Source of the DNA: a virus
Length of the DNA: 64,000 nt
Reading direction: 5' to 3' (one strand)
Virus record (IMG/VR): IMGVR_UViG_3300042876_000282
Location: 1 to 64,000 of that record
Made by a program: the position numbers and the translations under genes. The notes under the pieces were generated by a model that was not told where the DNA came from, ran no database searches, and worked only from the letters and a program-made list of their open reading frames with translations. Below are positions 19,000 to 28,948 of this stretch, in pieces. Position 1 is the stretch's first letter, and the number at the start of each line of letters is the position of its first letter.

Positions 19000-20517
19000 A
19001 TGGCTCTACTCGGACCGTCGACCGACTACACGGACAAAGACTTCGACGCGCTTCGGCTTCGGCTCCGAAGCCTGATCTCGTCGGTGTTCCCCGAATGGAC
19101 CGACGCGGACACCGCGAACTTCGCGAACCTTCTCGTCGAACTCTTCGCGTTCGTCGGTGACGTGCTCACGAAGTACCAGGACAACCAAGCGGCGGAAGCG
19201 TTCATCGGTCGAGTCACGCAGCGTCGAAACATCCTCGCGTTGTGCAAGCTGATCGGGTTCGTGCCGCGCGGTAACACCGTCTCGACGGTCGACCTCGCGG
19301 TCTCGTGTTCTCCGGCTCCGACTGGAACGCTCACGATTCCCGAACGCACGAAGGCGCGCACGGAGGCGATCGTCGATCCCGTGGTCTTCGAGACACTCTC
19401 CGCGCTCGTGTTTCCTCCGGCGGTCGCGGGACCGCTCTACGTGTCGGCGGAGAACGCGGAGCGGAAGACCGAGACCTTCGGAAGCACGGCGAAGCCGAAT
19501 CAAGAGATCCGGCTGACGTCGACGCCGTTCCTCGACGGCTCGCTCTCGATCGTCGCGGCGAACGGTACCTTCACGCGAGTCGATACCTTCCTCGACTCGG
19601 ATTCGACCGATCGTCACTTCACGGTCGTCGTCGACTCGAACGATCGCGCGACGGTGCGGTTCGGCAACGGGATCAACGGCGTGATCCCTACGGGCACGAT
19701 CTCCGCGACGTACAAGATCGGCGGCGGATCCGCGGGCTACGTCGAGCCCGGCTCGGTGCGGCGAATCGAAGGCGTGTTCGTCGACTCGCTCGGGAACTCG
19801 ATCACGGTCTCGGTGACGAACGCTCTCGCGAGTTCGCGCGCGCTGAACCGGCAGACGGTCGAAGAGATTCGAGTGCTCGCGCCCGAGTCGCTTCGCGCGT
19901 TGACGCGCACGGTCACGCGCGACGACTACGAGATCAACGCGCGACGTGTCGCCGGCGTCGCGCGCGCGCTCATGCTCACGAGCGATCAGGATGCAGGCGT
20001 TTCCGAGAACGCGGGATCGCTCTACATCGTGCCCACTGGCGGCGGCGTGCCGACGCTCGCGCTCAAGGCCGCGGTTCTCGAAATGGTCACCGTGACGTAT
20101 CCGAACACGTTGACGTTCGCGGTGACGGTCGAAGACCCGGTCTATCTCGTCGTGAACGTCGAGGCGATCGTGTGGTTCGCGAGCGGCGCGAACAAGGTCG
20201 CGACGCGCAACGCGATCGAGGCGGCTCTCGTCGACGTCTTCGCGATCGAGGACGTCGAGACCGACGACGAATCCGAGATCGTGATCGACTTCGGCTACAA
20301 CCTCCGCGACGAAGACGGCAACCCGAACGGTGCGATCGCATGGTCGGACGTCTTCAACGTCATTCGTGACGTGTCCGGCGTGCGGAAGGTCGACGCGGGG
20401 TCGAGCGGTCTTCTACTGAACGGCGCGCGGGATGATCTCGCGATCCTTTCGCGGCAGTTTCCGATCCTGGGAACGGTGACGATCCGCGACGGCTCGACGG
20501 GTCTCGTCGTCTCGTGA
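19000..20517 (+). CDS. Baseplate J/gp6-like wedge protein
   Basis: DYTDKDFDAL, PEWTD, VRFGNG..G, RTVTRDDYE. Confidence 0.92.
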   Translation: MALLGPSTDYTDKDFDALRLRLRSLISSVFPEWTDADTANFANLLVELFAFVGDVLTKYQDNQAAEAFIGRVTQRRNILALCKLIGFVPRGNTVSTVDLAVSCSPAPTGTLTIPERTKARTEAIVDPVVFETLSALVFPPAVAGPLYVSAENAERKTETFGSTAKPNQEIRLTSTPFLDGSLSIVAANGTFTRVDTFLDSDSTDRHFTVVVDSNDRATVRFGNGINGVIPTGTISATYKIGGGSAGYVEPGSVRRIEGVFVDSLGNSITVSVTNALASSRALNRQTVEEIRVLAPESLRALTRTVTRDDYEINARRVAGVARALMLTSDQDAGVSENAGSLYIVPTGGGVPTLALKAAVLEMVTVTYPNTLTFAVTVEDPVYLVVNVEAIVWFASGANKVATRNAIEAALVDVFAIEDVETDDESEIVIDFGYNLRDEDGNPNGAIAWSDVFNVIRDVSGVRKVDAGSSGLLLNGARDDLAILSRQFPILGTVTIRDGSTGLVVS

Positions 20518-20528
20518 AGGGGTAGAGC

Positions 20529-21377
20529 ATGGCGAACGTCGTCAACGGCAGCTTCGAGGATCCGGCGATCGGATTGCCCGGCTATGCGGACGGGTGGACC
20601 TCCGGAGTGCTGACGACCGCGGAACGACTCGCGGCGTTCGGCACGAGCAACCCGCGGGACGACTTCGATTCGTTCGAGGCTGAATGGTCGTCGAACGAGA
20701 GCTACCTCTTCGCGTTCGATCCGCTCGTCGACATCGTCGCGCCGCTCTTCGATACGAGCGTGAGCCCCGGCGAGACCTTCGAGGACTACGAAGAGGGGTG
20801 GTCTACGAACGAGGGGTACTCGTTCACGATGGGATCGAGCACGAACGCGGAGTTCGACTCGACGCTCGACGACGTCGAAGACTTCGAGGAAGAGTGGTCG
20901 TCGAACGAGGGGTACTCGTTTGCGATGGGCTCCGCGACCGCTGCGAGCTTCGACGTCGGGGGCACACCGGAAGACGTCGAAGACTTCGAGGAACGATGGT
21001 CGTCGAACCAGTCGTACGCGTTTACGATGGGGTCGACGACGGCGGCGAGCTTCGACACCGGCGGGACGCCGGAAGCGGTCGAAGACTTCGAGGAAACCGC
21101 GGCGTCGATCATCGTCGTCGCGAACCCTGGGACCGTCGACTTCACGGCGACCGCTCACGGCATGGCGAACGGTGAGCGCGTGACGTTCGAGAGTGACGGG
21201 GAGATGCCGCTTGGGCTCTCCGGCGGGGTTGCGTACTACGTGATCACGGCAGCGGCGAACACCTTCCAGGTCTCTCTCACGCTCGCGGGACCGGCTCACG
21301 CGTTCTACACCGGCGCGAACGGCGAGCTTCGCGTGTTGCGCGACCCTTCTCGATTCTGGCTCTCGTTCCTTTCCTGA
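20529..21377 (+). CDS. Acidic repeat protein
   Basis: Four approx. 38-aa repeats EDFEEEWSSNEGYSFxMGS. Confidence 0.7.
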   Translation: MANVVNGSFEDPAIGLPGYADGWTSGVLTTAERLAAFGTSNPRDDFDSFEAEWSSNESYLFAFDPLVDIVAPLFDTSVSPGETFEDYEEGWSTNEGYSFTMGSSTNAEFDSTLDDVEDFEEEWSSNEGYSFAMGSATAASFDVGGTPEDVEDFEERWSSNQSYAFTMGSTTAASFDTGGTPEAVEDFEETAASIIVVANPGTVDFTATAHGMANGERVTFESDGEMPLGLSGGVAYYVITAAANTFQVSLTLAGPAHAFYTGANGELRVLRDPSRFWLSFLS

Positions 21378-21400
21378 CTCCTACGTGCTAGCGTTCGTGC

Positions 21401-21419
21401 GTGTCTTCGTCGGAGACAC
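21401..21419. repeat. 19-bp palindrome, copy 2 (inverted)
   Basis: GTGTCTTCGTCGGAGACAC, intergenic. Confidence 0.9.
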
Positions 21420-21433
21420 GCGCGGAGGAAACG

Positions 21434-22135
21434 ATGGCGGAAGCGGATTGGACCTACCTGAACGACGGGCTCGCGATCGGCAGCGTCGATCGTGGCGTGA
21501 CGGCTGGATTCACACCGCCGTCGGGCGGCGGCTCGTTCGTCTTCGGATTCAACTCGCTCGACGTCTCGATCGGTGCGGTCGGCTTGTTCTGCAACCTCGC
21601 GAGCTTCGCGCCGACCGCGAAGGGTGCGCGGATCACCGGCGCGATGAAGCGCTACCCCGGCGGCGGTACGACGGGCTTCGCGCCGATGCTCTTCGTCGGG
21701 TTGCAGGGACCGAGCGTGAACGACTCCGGCTACATCCTCGGACTCGGTGACGGCGATCCGTCGCGCGTGACGCTCCGCAAGGGCGCGCTCGTCGGAGGTC
21801 TTCCCGATGTCGCGCCGCTCGGTTCCGGAGTGCTCCGCCGCTCGACGACGACGAAGGCGATCGACGAGTGGGTTCACCTCCGCCTGGACATGATCGTCAA
21901 CCTGAACGGCGACGTTCGGCTGCAGGTCTTCGAGAACGACCTCAACGCGAACCCGATCGGCTCCGCGCCGGTGTGGACCGCGATCGCCGGCATGGCGGAG
22001 TTCGTCGACGACGCGCTCGGAGTGAACTCCGGATCGGCGCCGTACACCGCGGGGCGTTGCGGCTTCGGGTTCCGCACGGAAGACGTGACGCGGCGAGCGT
22101 TCTTCGACCACGTCGAGATCTACCGGCAACTCTGA
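21434..22135 (+). CDS. Hypothetical baseplate/fibre protein (possible lectin-like fold)
   Basis: GGAGG RBS; WVHLRLD..GRCGFG..FFDHVE resembles ConA-like domains. Confidence 0.6.
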   Translation: MAEADWTYLNDGLAIGSVDRGVTAGFTPPSGGGSFVFGFNSLDVSIGAVGLFCNLASFAPTAKGARITGAMKRYPGGGTTGFAPMLFVGLQGPSVNDSGYILGLGDGDPSRVTLRKGALVGGLPDVAPLGSGVLRRSTTTKAIDEWVHLRLDMIVNLNGDVRLQVFENDLNANPIGSAPVWTAIAGMAEFVDDALGVNSGSAPYTAGRCGFGFRTEDVTRRAFFDHVEIYRQL

Positions 22136-22144
22136 GGGGGCGGC

Positions 22145-23896
22145 GTGGCCGATCTCGGGACACTCGAACGACGACTAGGAACGCTCTCGGGGCGCATCGC
22201 TCCGACGCGATGGGTCGCGCCCGATGGCTCGTTCGTCTTCGTGCTCGGCTCCGAAGAGCCGGGGCGGACCGGGTTCTTCAATGACGGGGATGCGGCGTAT
22301 CTCGCGCAGTCGATCCCGCTCGGATCGAACGTCGTTCGTCTTCGTGCCCGTGTCGTCGGGCCTACGTCGACGATGCCGGCGGGGTGGACGTGGGAACTCG
22401 GCGGATCGTACGACTTCGGAGCGACGATCTACCTCCCGATCGCGGTCGACGTTGGGCAGGATACGACGCACGACGACCTCGCGATCCCGCTTCGTGGGCT
22501 CGTATCGAACGACGTGTCCATTGGGCTCGCGGTAGACGCTCCCGCCGGCGGACCATTCGACCCGGTCGAACTCACGATCCCGGCGGTCTACATCGATGCA
22601 GTCGTCGACGAAGTCGCGACCGCGCCGTTCGTCGCGAACCGATTCCCGGCGAGCGGTGCAACTGGCATCGCGAGCGCGACTCGGATCCGATTCGACATCA
22701 TCGCGCCCGACGTCGGAGACATCGATCTCACGGCGACGCGTGTCGTCGTCGCGGGGATCGTCGCGTACGACGGTGCGGTCGGCGGATGGCAACTCGGATG
22801 GTCGGGTTCGATCTCGCAGCCGAGCGGCTTCGCGTTCACGCAGCGCTTCGACATCATCCCACCGGCTTCGTTCGAGTCGCTCGAAGTCGTGACGGTGTCG
22901 GTGACGTCTCGCGAGACCGCGACGTTGATCGAAGTCGCGTCGGCGTGGTCGTTCACGATCGCAGACACGACCGCGCCGCGCATGGTGGCGGCGACGTCGC
23001 TCGATACGAGCACGGTGCGCGTCGTCTTCGACGAACCCGTGGTCATCGGTGCCGGCGTGTCGTGGGCGTTGACGCGGCAGACTGCACCGAGCGTCGAGGC
23101 TTCGATCGTCTCGGCGACGATGGTCGACGAGAACACCTACGATCTCCGCACGTCGATCGCGCTCACGCGCGGTGCGACGTACCTCGTCGAAGCGACCGGG
23201 GTCGAAGACGCGTTCGGGAACGTCTCGATCTCGCCCTACAATCGCGCGCCGTTCGTGGCGTTCGAGCCGGAAGCGGATGCGCGACGACGCTTCGATTTGT
23301 GGTGGATGGTCCCGAGGCTGAATCGCGACGAAGACACGACGCGCGATCTCTACAAGTTCCTCGCGATTTTGCAGGAAGTGGTCGACACCTTGCTCGCGGA
23401 CGTCGACCGCTGGCCGGAGATCCTCGACGTCGACACCGCCGCGGACGCGTACCTCGACCAAATGCTGATCGGGCTCGGGAACCCGTTCGCGTTCGACTTG
23501 TCGACGATCGACAAGCGACGGCTGATCCGTGTGCTCGTCACGATGTACCGGCAGAAAGGGACGAAGGTCGGGATCATCAACGCGATCCGGTTCTTCGTCG
23601 GCGTCGAAGTCACGATCACGGCGTTGAACGACGAAGGATGGATCCTCGGCGAAGACGAGCTAGGGATCGACACCTACCTCGCGCCGTCGTCTTCGTTCGC
23701 GCTCTACGCGTTCGAGGTGAACTCGCCGGTGACTCTCACGGACGAGCAACGCTCACAGATCGATTCGATCGTCGACTACCTCAAGCCGGCGCATACTCAC
23801 CACGTCCGAACGAACGAACCGACTCCGCCGGTGGTGATCGACCACGTCGAGCTTGGTCTCTCCGAACTCGGCGACGAGTTCACTCTTCACGCGTAA
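22145..23896 (+). CDS. Tail protein I-like baseplate protein with Ig-like domains
   Basis: YRQKGTKVGI and LKPAHT C-terminal motifs; DTTAPR..VVFDEPV Ig-like domain. Confidence 0.82.
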   Translation: MADLGTLERRLGTLSGRIAPTRWVAPDGSFVFVLGSEEPGRTGFFNDGDAAYLAQSIPLGSNVVRLRARVVGPTSTMPAGWTWELGGSYDFGATIYLPIAVDVGQDTTHDDLAIPLRGLVSNDVSIGLAVDAPAGGPFDPVELTIPAVYIDAVVDEVATAPFVANRFPASGATGIASATRIRFDIIAPDVGDIDLTATRVVVAGIVAYDGAVGGWQLGWSGSISQPSGFAFTQRFDIIPPASFESLEVVTVSVTSRETATLIEVASAWSFTIADTTAPRMVAATSLDTSTVRVVFDEPVVIGAGVSWALTRQTAPSVEASIVSATMVDENTYDLRTSIALTRGATYLVEATGVEDAFGNVSISPYNRAPFVAFEPEADARRRFDLWWMVPRLNRDEDTTRDLYKFLAILQEVVDTLLADVDRWPEILDVDTAADAYLDQMLIGLGNPFAFDLSTIDKRRLIRVLVTMYRQKGTKVGIINAIRFFVGVEVTITALNDEGWILGEDELGIDTYLAPSSSFALYAFEVNSPVTLTDEQRSQIDSIVDYLKPAHTHHVRTNEPTPPVVIDHVELGLSELGDEFTLHA

Positions 23897-23908
23897 GGAG
23901 CACGCATC

Positions 23909-26215
23909 ATGGATCGCAAAGATTTCTACTTTCGGCAGAAGGTCACGGAGGCTGAACTCGATGCAGCGTTCGACGAGACCGAGGAAGCGATCGATCGCGT
24001 GTTCACGGACCTCGGGATCGTCGGAGTCGTCGCCGGACTCGACGTGACGCAACAGGTCTCGCCGAACATGACGGTGCAGGTCTCGGGGCCGGGCGTCGCG
24101 ATCGATCAGAACGGGAGTCGCATCGCGATCGCGAGCACGCAGAACGTCGATCTCTCGGTCGACGAGTCGGCGGTCGCTACGACGGTGATCACGCCGGGCA
24201 ACTCGAAGATCCTTTCGATCTTCGCAGAGTTCGATCGCGCGCTCTCGGATCCCCGCGTCGACGGCAACGCGGTCACGATCTACTACGAGCGCGCGGAGTC
24301 GTTCCGGCTGAACGTCGCGCAGGGCTCGGAAGCGGTGACGCCGGTCGCGCCGGCGCTTCGTGCGGACGAGATCCTACTCGCGGACGTGACGATCACGTAC
24401 GGCACGACGCAGATCACGAACGGCATGATCTCGACCGCGCGCCGCGAAGTCGTGTTCTCGATCTCGGACAACCCGCGATCGATCTCCGCGGAGTCGCTCG
24501 CGGATGCACTCGGGCAACTTCTCGGGTTCTACAACGACCACGCGAGCGCGACGGCGGATCGCCACAACGCGACCGCGATCGACTACTCCGGCGGCGGTGC
24601 GTGGGCCGACGGTTCGACGAATCCCGCGGCTACGGTCGCGGCGCAACTCACGAAGATCATCGCGGACCTCGCGCCGACGACGGCGAGCGCGAGCGGTGCG
24701 CGGAAGATCGGGATCGAGCAACTCGCGGCGACGTGGCAGGACGCGAGCACGGTCGCGGCTGGCACGCTCTACGCGGTGATCAACGGCATCGTCTCGACGC
24801 TCGCGAGCACGACCGCGAGCGGGAGCGGCGCTCGCAAGCTCGGGATCGAAGCGCTCACGGCATGGGCGGACGGTACCTCGAACGGTGCGACCTCGATCTA
24901 TTCGCGGGTCGCTGCGATCGTCACGGGGCTCGCGAGCACGTCGGGCGGTGGGAGCGGTGCGGCGAAGATCGGGATCGATGCGATCGCTTCGTGGGCGGAC
25001 GCGTCGGCGTTCTCCGCGGGCACGTTGCGCGCGACGGTCAACAAGATCGTGGCGGACCTCGCGGCGTCGACTGGCACGGCGAAGGTCGGCGGTGCGGCGG
25101 TGTCGAGCAGCGGTCTCTCGATCGCGGCGGGTACGCTCGCGACGCAGATCACGGCGTTGCTCGGTCTCTCGAACAACGGCTACGCGTTGCAGGTCGCGCG
25201 CATGGAACTCAAGTATGTTCCGACGACGACCCGCTACTACGACGCGATCGCATACGGCAAGGCGACCGCGGTGGTCGTGGGAGCAAGCGGGCTCTTCGCG
25301 TATTCGAAGAACTCGGGCAACGGTGATTGGACCGAAGCGACGATCGGCGGAACTCCGACCCTGAGCGCGATGCGCTACGACTCGACGAACGACCTCTTCG
25401 TCGCGGTCGGTTCGGCGGGTGCGATCTACACCGCTCCGCCGTCGGCGTCGCTCACGTTCACGAGTCGCACGTCGGGCACGGCGAACGCGCTCACGGGGAT
25501 CTTCGTCGGCGGACCGATTCGGCTGATCGCCGGCGGTGCGTCGGGCACGATCACGACCTCGCCCGACGGCGTGACGTGGACCGTCCGCACGTTCGGGTCT
25601 GCGAACTCGGCGGGGGTGCTCGGTGGTTCGGGGTCGCTTGCGGTCGCGAGCGATGCGACGAACGTCCGCACGTCCACCGATGGGATCACTTGGACCGCGC
25701 GATCGTTGACCAGCGGCATGACGACGAACGCGATCCACTACAACGGAACGAACTACATCGTCGGGCAGGGAACGAACCTCACGACGGCGGGTCGGATCCA
25801 CACGTCGCCGGATGGCGTGACGTGGACGCTGCGAGACTCGCCGACGGATTGCGTGCTCTCGTTCGCGAGCAACGGCGCGCTCGTCGTCGCGGGATGCGCG
25901 GACGGGCTGATCAAGTATTCGACCGACTCCGGCGTGACGTGGTCGACCGCGACGGTCCCGACTACCCCCACGCTCTCGCACGTTCGACGCGTCGAGTATG
26001 ACTCGACGCGCGGTGTGTTCTTCGCGTTCGGCGAAGCGGGCGCGGTGCTGAAATCCCTCGACGGGATCAAGTGGGTGCTCGATCGCTACGACTCGAACTC
26101 CGGCGGGATCAACGCGTCGTGCACCGGCGACGGGCAGGTCTTCGCGCTGAACATCAGCGGGTACGGTGCGGCGTGGTACGGCACCGGAGCGACGGTCATC
26201 GGAACCGCAAGCTGA
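23909..26215 (+). CDS. Tail fibre/receptor-binding protein
   Basis: About 43-aa helical repeats, then BNR/Asp-box repeats (TSPDGVTW, STDSGVTW). Confidence 0.82.
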   Translation: MDRKDFYFRQKVTEAELDAAFDETEEAIDRVFTDLGIVGVVAGLDVTQQVSPNMTVQVSGPGVAIDQNGSRIAIASTQNVDLSVDESAVATTVITPGNSKILSIFAEFDRALSDPRVDGNAVTIYYERAESFRLNVAQGSEAVTPVAPALRADEILLADVTITYGTTQITNGMISTARREVVFSISDNPRSISAESLADALGQLLGFYNDHASATADRHNATAIDYSGGGAWADGSTNPAATVAAQLTKIIADLAPTTASASGARKIGIEQLAATWQDASTVAAGTLYAVINGIVSTLASTTASGSGARKLGIEALTAWADGTSNGATSIYSRVAAIVTGLASTSGGGSGAAKIGIDAIASWADASAFSAGTLRATVNKIVADLAASTGTAKVGGAAVSSSGLSIAAGTLATQITALLGLSNNGYALQVARMELKYVPTTTRYYDAIAYGKATAVVVGASGLFAYSKNSGNGDWTEATIGGTPTLSAMRYDSTNDLFVAVGSAGAIYTAPPSASLTFTSRTSGTANALTGIFVGGPIRLIAGGASGTITTSPDGVTWTVRTFGSANSAGVLGGSGSLAVASDATNVRTSTDGITWTARSLTSGMTTNAIHYNGTNYIVGQGTNLTTAGRIHTSPDGVTWTLRDSPTDCVLSFASNGALVVAGCADGLIKYSTDSGVTWSTATVPTTPTLSHVRRVEYDSTRGVFFAFGEAGAVLKSLDGIKWVLDRYDSNSGGINASCTGDGQVFALNISGYGAAWYGTGATVIGTAS

Positions 26216-26234
26216 ACCAACGCGAGGGGGCGAC

Positions 26235-26813
26235 GTGGACGCGAGCACGATCACGAGCACGGCGGCGAGCGCGAACCCTTGGGTTCTCGGGCTTGCGATC
26301 ATCGGTGCGATCTTCGGCGCCGGCGGCTTCGCGGTGCAGATCGTGCTTTGGCTCCGCGCTCGAAGCGAGAAGCACGCGGAGAACGAGGGCAAGCGGATCG
26401 AATCGACGGCGGAGGTCGAGAAGCACGAGATCGACGCCGACCTCACGGTCAACGATCGGCTCTTGAAGCGGATCGAATCGCTCGAACGTCGGATGGATCA
26501 AGAGCGCGACTCGCATCGCGACGAGATCGATCGGATGAAGAGCGATCACGAGTCGACGAAACGCACGCTCGAAGGTCGGAACGACGAGTGCGAGCGGCGA
26601 TACGACGCGCTCGAACGCGAGAACAAAGAACGCGAGAGCCGCGAGAAGGAACTCCGCGACGCGAACCGGCTGATCCTCTACGCGTATCAGAACTTGCGGA
26701 ACGACCTCACCTCGATTCGGAAGCACGTCGACCGCATCGAAGACGAGAACCGAAGGCTTCGCGACGAACTCGAACGACGAACGATCCCGGCTCCGACGCC
26801 GGGCGGAGGGTGA
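26235..26813 (+). CDS. Single-TM coiled-coil protein (lysis-associated)
   Basis: N-terminal hydrophobic helix plus long charged coil, just before the endolysin. Confidence 0.65.
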   Translation: MDASTITSTAASANPWVLGLAIIGAIFGAGGFAVQIVLWLRARSEKHAENEGKRIESTAEVEKHEIDADLTVNDRLLKRIESLERRMDQERDSHRDEIDRMKSDHESTKRTLEGRNDECERRYDALERENKERESREKELRDANRLILYAYQNLRNDLTSIRKHVDRIEDENRRLRDELERRTIPAPTPGGG

Positions 26814-26817
26814 CGGC

Positions 26818-27513
26818 ATGAAGGCGAGCGGGTTGATCGTAGGTGGGCGAGTCGTCGACGTCGTCGCGGACGATGGCGGCAAGATCGAGTGCTTCAACTG
26901 GCACGATCACGGGATGCAGTTCAAGCCCGGCGACGGTGCGCGTCGTCGCGTGATCTCGAAGACGCCGCTCCGCAAGAAGGTCTGGCATTGGACCGGCGGC
27001 GAGGGGACGGCGCGCGCGCTCTTCCGCGTGCTCGACGGTCGCGAACTCGGGATCGAGACCGCGATCGATGCCGACGGCTTGCTCTGGCAGTTCGCCGATC
27101 CGATCGAGGTCGACACCTACGACGCCGGCCCGTGGAATCCGGAGTCGTGGGGGACCGAGATCACGAACTACGGCTTCACGGGACCGGGGCGCTCGTCTCC
27201 GAACCCGAAGCGCGGGATGTACCGCACGACGATGAACGGGCGGTCGCGCGAGTTCGCGCGGTTCTTCCCCGCGCAGATCCGGACCGCGCTCGCGCTGGCG
27301 CGCGCGGTGTCGAAGGCGGTGCCGACGATCGCGCTCGCGGTGCCGGTGGGCACGGATGGGAAGCTCTACCCCAACGTCGCGCCGCGTGACTTCCTGCGAC
27401 GCTTCTCGGGGCACCTCGGGCACTACCACCTCACGGACAACAAAGCCGATCCGGGGCACGATCTTCTCGGCGCGTTCCGTGCCGCGGGCTTCGAGGGCGC
27501 GAAGGTGGGTTGA
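26818..27513 (+). CDS. Endolysin, N-acetylmuramoyl-L-alanine amidase (Amidase_2-like)
   Basis: WHWTGG, DADGLLWQ, NPESWGTEI, GHYH...KADPG motifs. Confidence 0.8.
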   Translation: MKASGLIVGGRVVDVVADDGGKIECFNWHDHGMQFKPGDGARRRVISKTPLRKKVWHWTGGEGTARALFRVLDGRELGIETAIDADGLLWQFADPIEVDTYDAGPWNPESWGTEITNYGFTGPGRSSPNPKRGMYRTTMNGRSREFARFFPAQIRTALALARAVSKAVPTIALAVPVGTDGKLYPNVAPRDFLRRFSGHLGHYHLTDNKADPGHDLLGAFRAAGFEGAKVG

Positions 27514-27544
27514 CGACGACGGTCGCGACGGGCACGATCCGATC

Positions 27545-27934
27545 ATGCCGGATTGGTTGCCTCACGTCGTCGAGCAGGGTTGGTCGTTCGTCGCGGTCGC
27601 GTTGCTCGTGTACCAGATCGGGGTCGCGTCGAAGGCGATCGCGACTCGCTTCGGGTGGCGCGGTCCGGGGTCGTGGTACGACCTCACGCTCCGACTTCAC
27701 CCGCTCGCCGGTGGCGCGCTCTTCGGGCTGATCCCGCTTCCGACGCTCGATGCGATCGACTCGATCGAAGGAACGGCTGCGCGCATCGCGGCGCGGTGCG
27801 GGTGGTTCCTGTTAGCCGGTGCGGTGTGCGGGCAGGTCTACGAGTCGGTGAAGTTCGGGAGCCGATGGCTTCAAGTGCGCGCGGGCATCCGCGCGACGAT
27901 GTCGCCGTCGCAACCTCCGGACGGTGAAGCGTGA
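27545..27934 (+). CDS. Holin-like membrane protein
   Basis: Three hydrophobic segments; follows the endolysin. Confidence 0.55.
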   Translation: MPDWLPHVVEQGWSFVAVALLVYQIGVASKAIATRFGWRGPGSWYDLTLRLHPLAGGALFGLIPLPTLDAIDSIEGTAARIAARCGWFLLAGAVCGQVYESVKFGSRWLQVRAGIRATMSPSQPPDGEA

Positions 27935-28416
27935 AGCGGCTCGGCTTCCTTCGGTACGCGATCACGGCACCGAGCGATCTCGTCGCGGTGCTGATCGTGC
28001 TCTTCGTCCGCGCGGCATGGGGCTCGAAGCTCTCTCGCGAAGGCGGGTGTCTCGTCGTCGACCTCGATCCGAAGTCGTGGCCGATGCGGTCGTGGTACCG
28101 CGGATGGGGTGGCACCACGTTCGGGCACGCGATCATGCTCGCGCCGCTCGACCCCGTTCGACGCGCGGAGGTCTTCCACCACGAACTCGTGCACGTCGAG
28201 CAAATCGAGGCGCACGCGCTCATGGCGCTCGTCTACGCGATCCCGATCGCGGTGACGTGGCATCCGCTGGCGGGGCTCGCGGCGTGGGCGACCTCGTCGT
28301 GGATCTCGTATTGGTCCGCGGGGCTCGTCGCGGTGCTACGCGGCGAGAGCTTCTATCACGGGAACACGAACGAGGAAGCGGCGTACGCGCAGACGCCGGG
28401 CGAGGGGGCACGATGA
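27931..28416 (+). CDS. Membrane HExxH zinc-peptidase-like protein
   Basis: GTTFGHAI...FHHELVHVEQ...NEEAAY. Confidence 0.65.
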   Translation: MKRLGFLRYAITAPSDLVAVLIVLFVRAAWGSKLSREGGCLVVDLDPKSWPMRSWYRGWGGTTFGHAIMLAPLDPVRRAEVFHHELVHVEQIEAHALMALVYAIPIAVTWHPLAGLAAWATSSWISYWSAGLVAVLRGESFYHGNTNEEAAYAQTPGEGAR

Positions 28417-28589
28417 CGAAGAGCGAGAAGGTTCGAGCGGCGGCGGTTCTCGGAGTGCCGCTCGTGCTGGCAGCGCTGGGCGTGGTCTACGCGCCCGACC
28501 TCGACGCGAAGATGCTCACGACCTACGGCTTCGTGCTCGGACTCTTCGAGGGCGCGGTCGTCATGTCGTACGCGACGCGGCGGTCGTGA
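28413..28589 (+). CDS. Small two-TM protein
   Basis: GAGGGGG RBS; ATGA/GTGA overlaps; two hydrophobic helices. Confidence 0.55.
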   Translation: MTKSEKVRAAAVLGVPLVLAALGVVYAPDLDAKMLTTYGFVLGLFEGAVVMSYATRRS

Positions 28590-28948
28590 ACGCGAAGACG
28601 TTCGGGATCGGTGCCGCGGTGCTCGCGCTCGCGATGCTCGTCGGGTTCGCCGGCGGTCGTTCGTGTTCGCCGACGACGCCGCATGTTCCGGACAAGCCGC
28701 TCCCGCCGGCGAGCATCGATGCCGGTGTCGCGGAGGCGCGGATCGATGACGAGCTACGGCGACGGCTCGACGAGATCGAGGGGCGCGTCGGTGAGATCGA
28801 AGCGGAGCAAGCGCGAAGGCGCGCCGGCTTCGCGAACTCGCAACGCGCGGAGCTTGCGCGGGTGCGCGATGGTGGACGGGGGGCGGTGTCGGAATGGCTG
28901 AACGACTTCGATCGATCGCTGCAATCGGGTTCTTCGTCGTCGCCTTGA
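28586..28948 (+). CDS. Putative spanin-like protein (N-terminal TM plus coiled coil)
   Basis: Topology and position in the lysis cassette. Confidence 0.5.
   Translation: MNAKTFGIGAAVLALAMLVGFAGGRSCSPTTPHVPDKPLPPASIDAGVAEARIDDELRRRLDEIEGRVGEIEAEQARRRAGFANSQRAELARVRDGGRGAVSEWLNDFDRSLQSGSSSSP

Noticed and set aside
23909-26215. Diversity-generating retroelement or invertible fibre cassette
   Set aside because: No reverse transcriptase, template/variable repeat pair or invertase in the window
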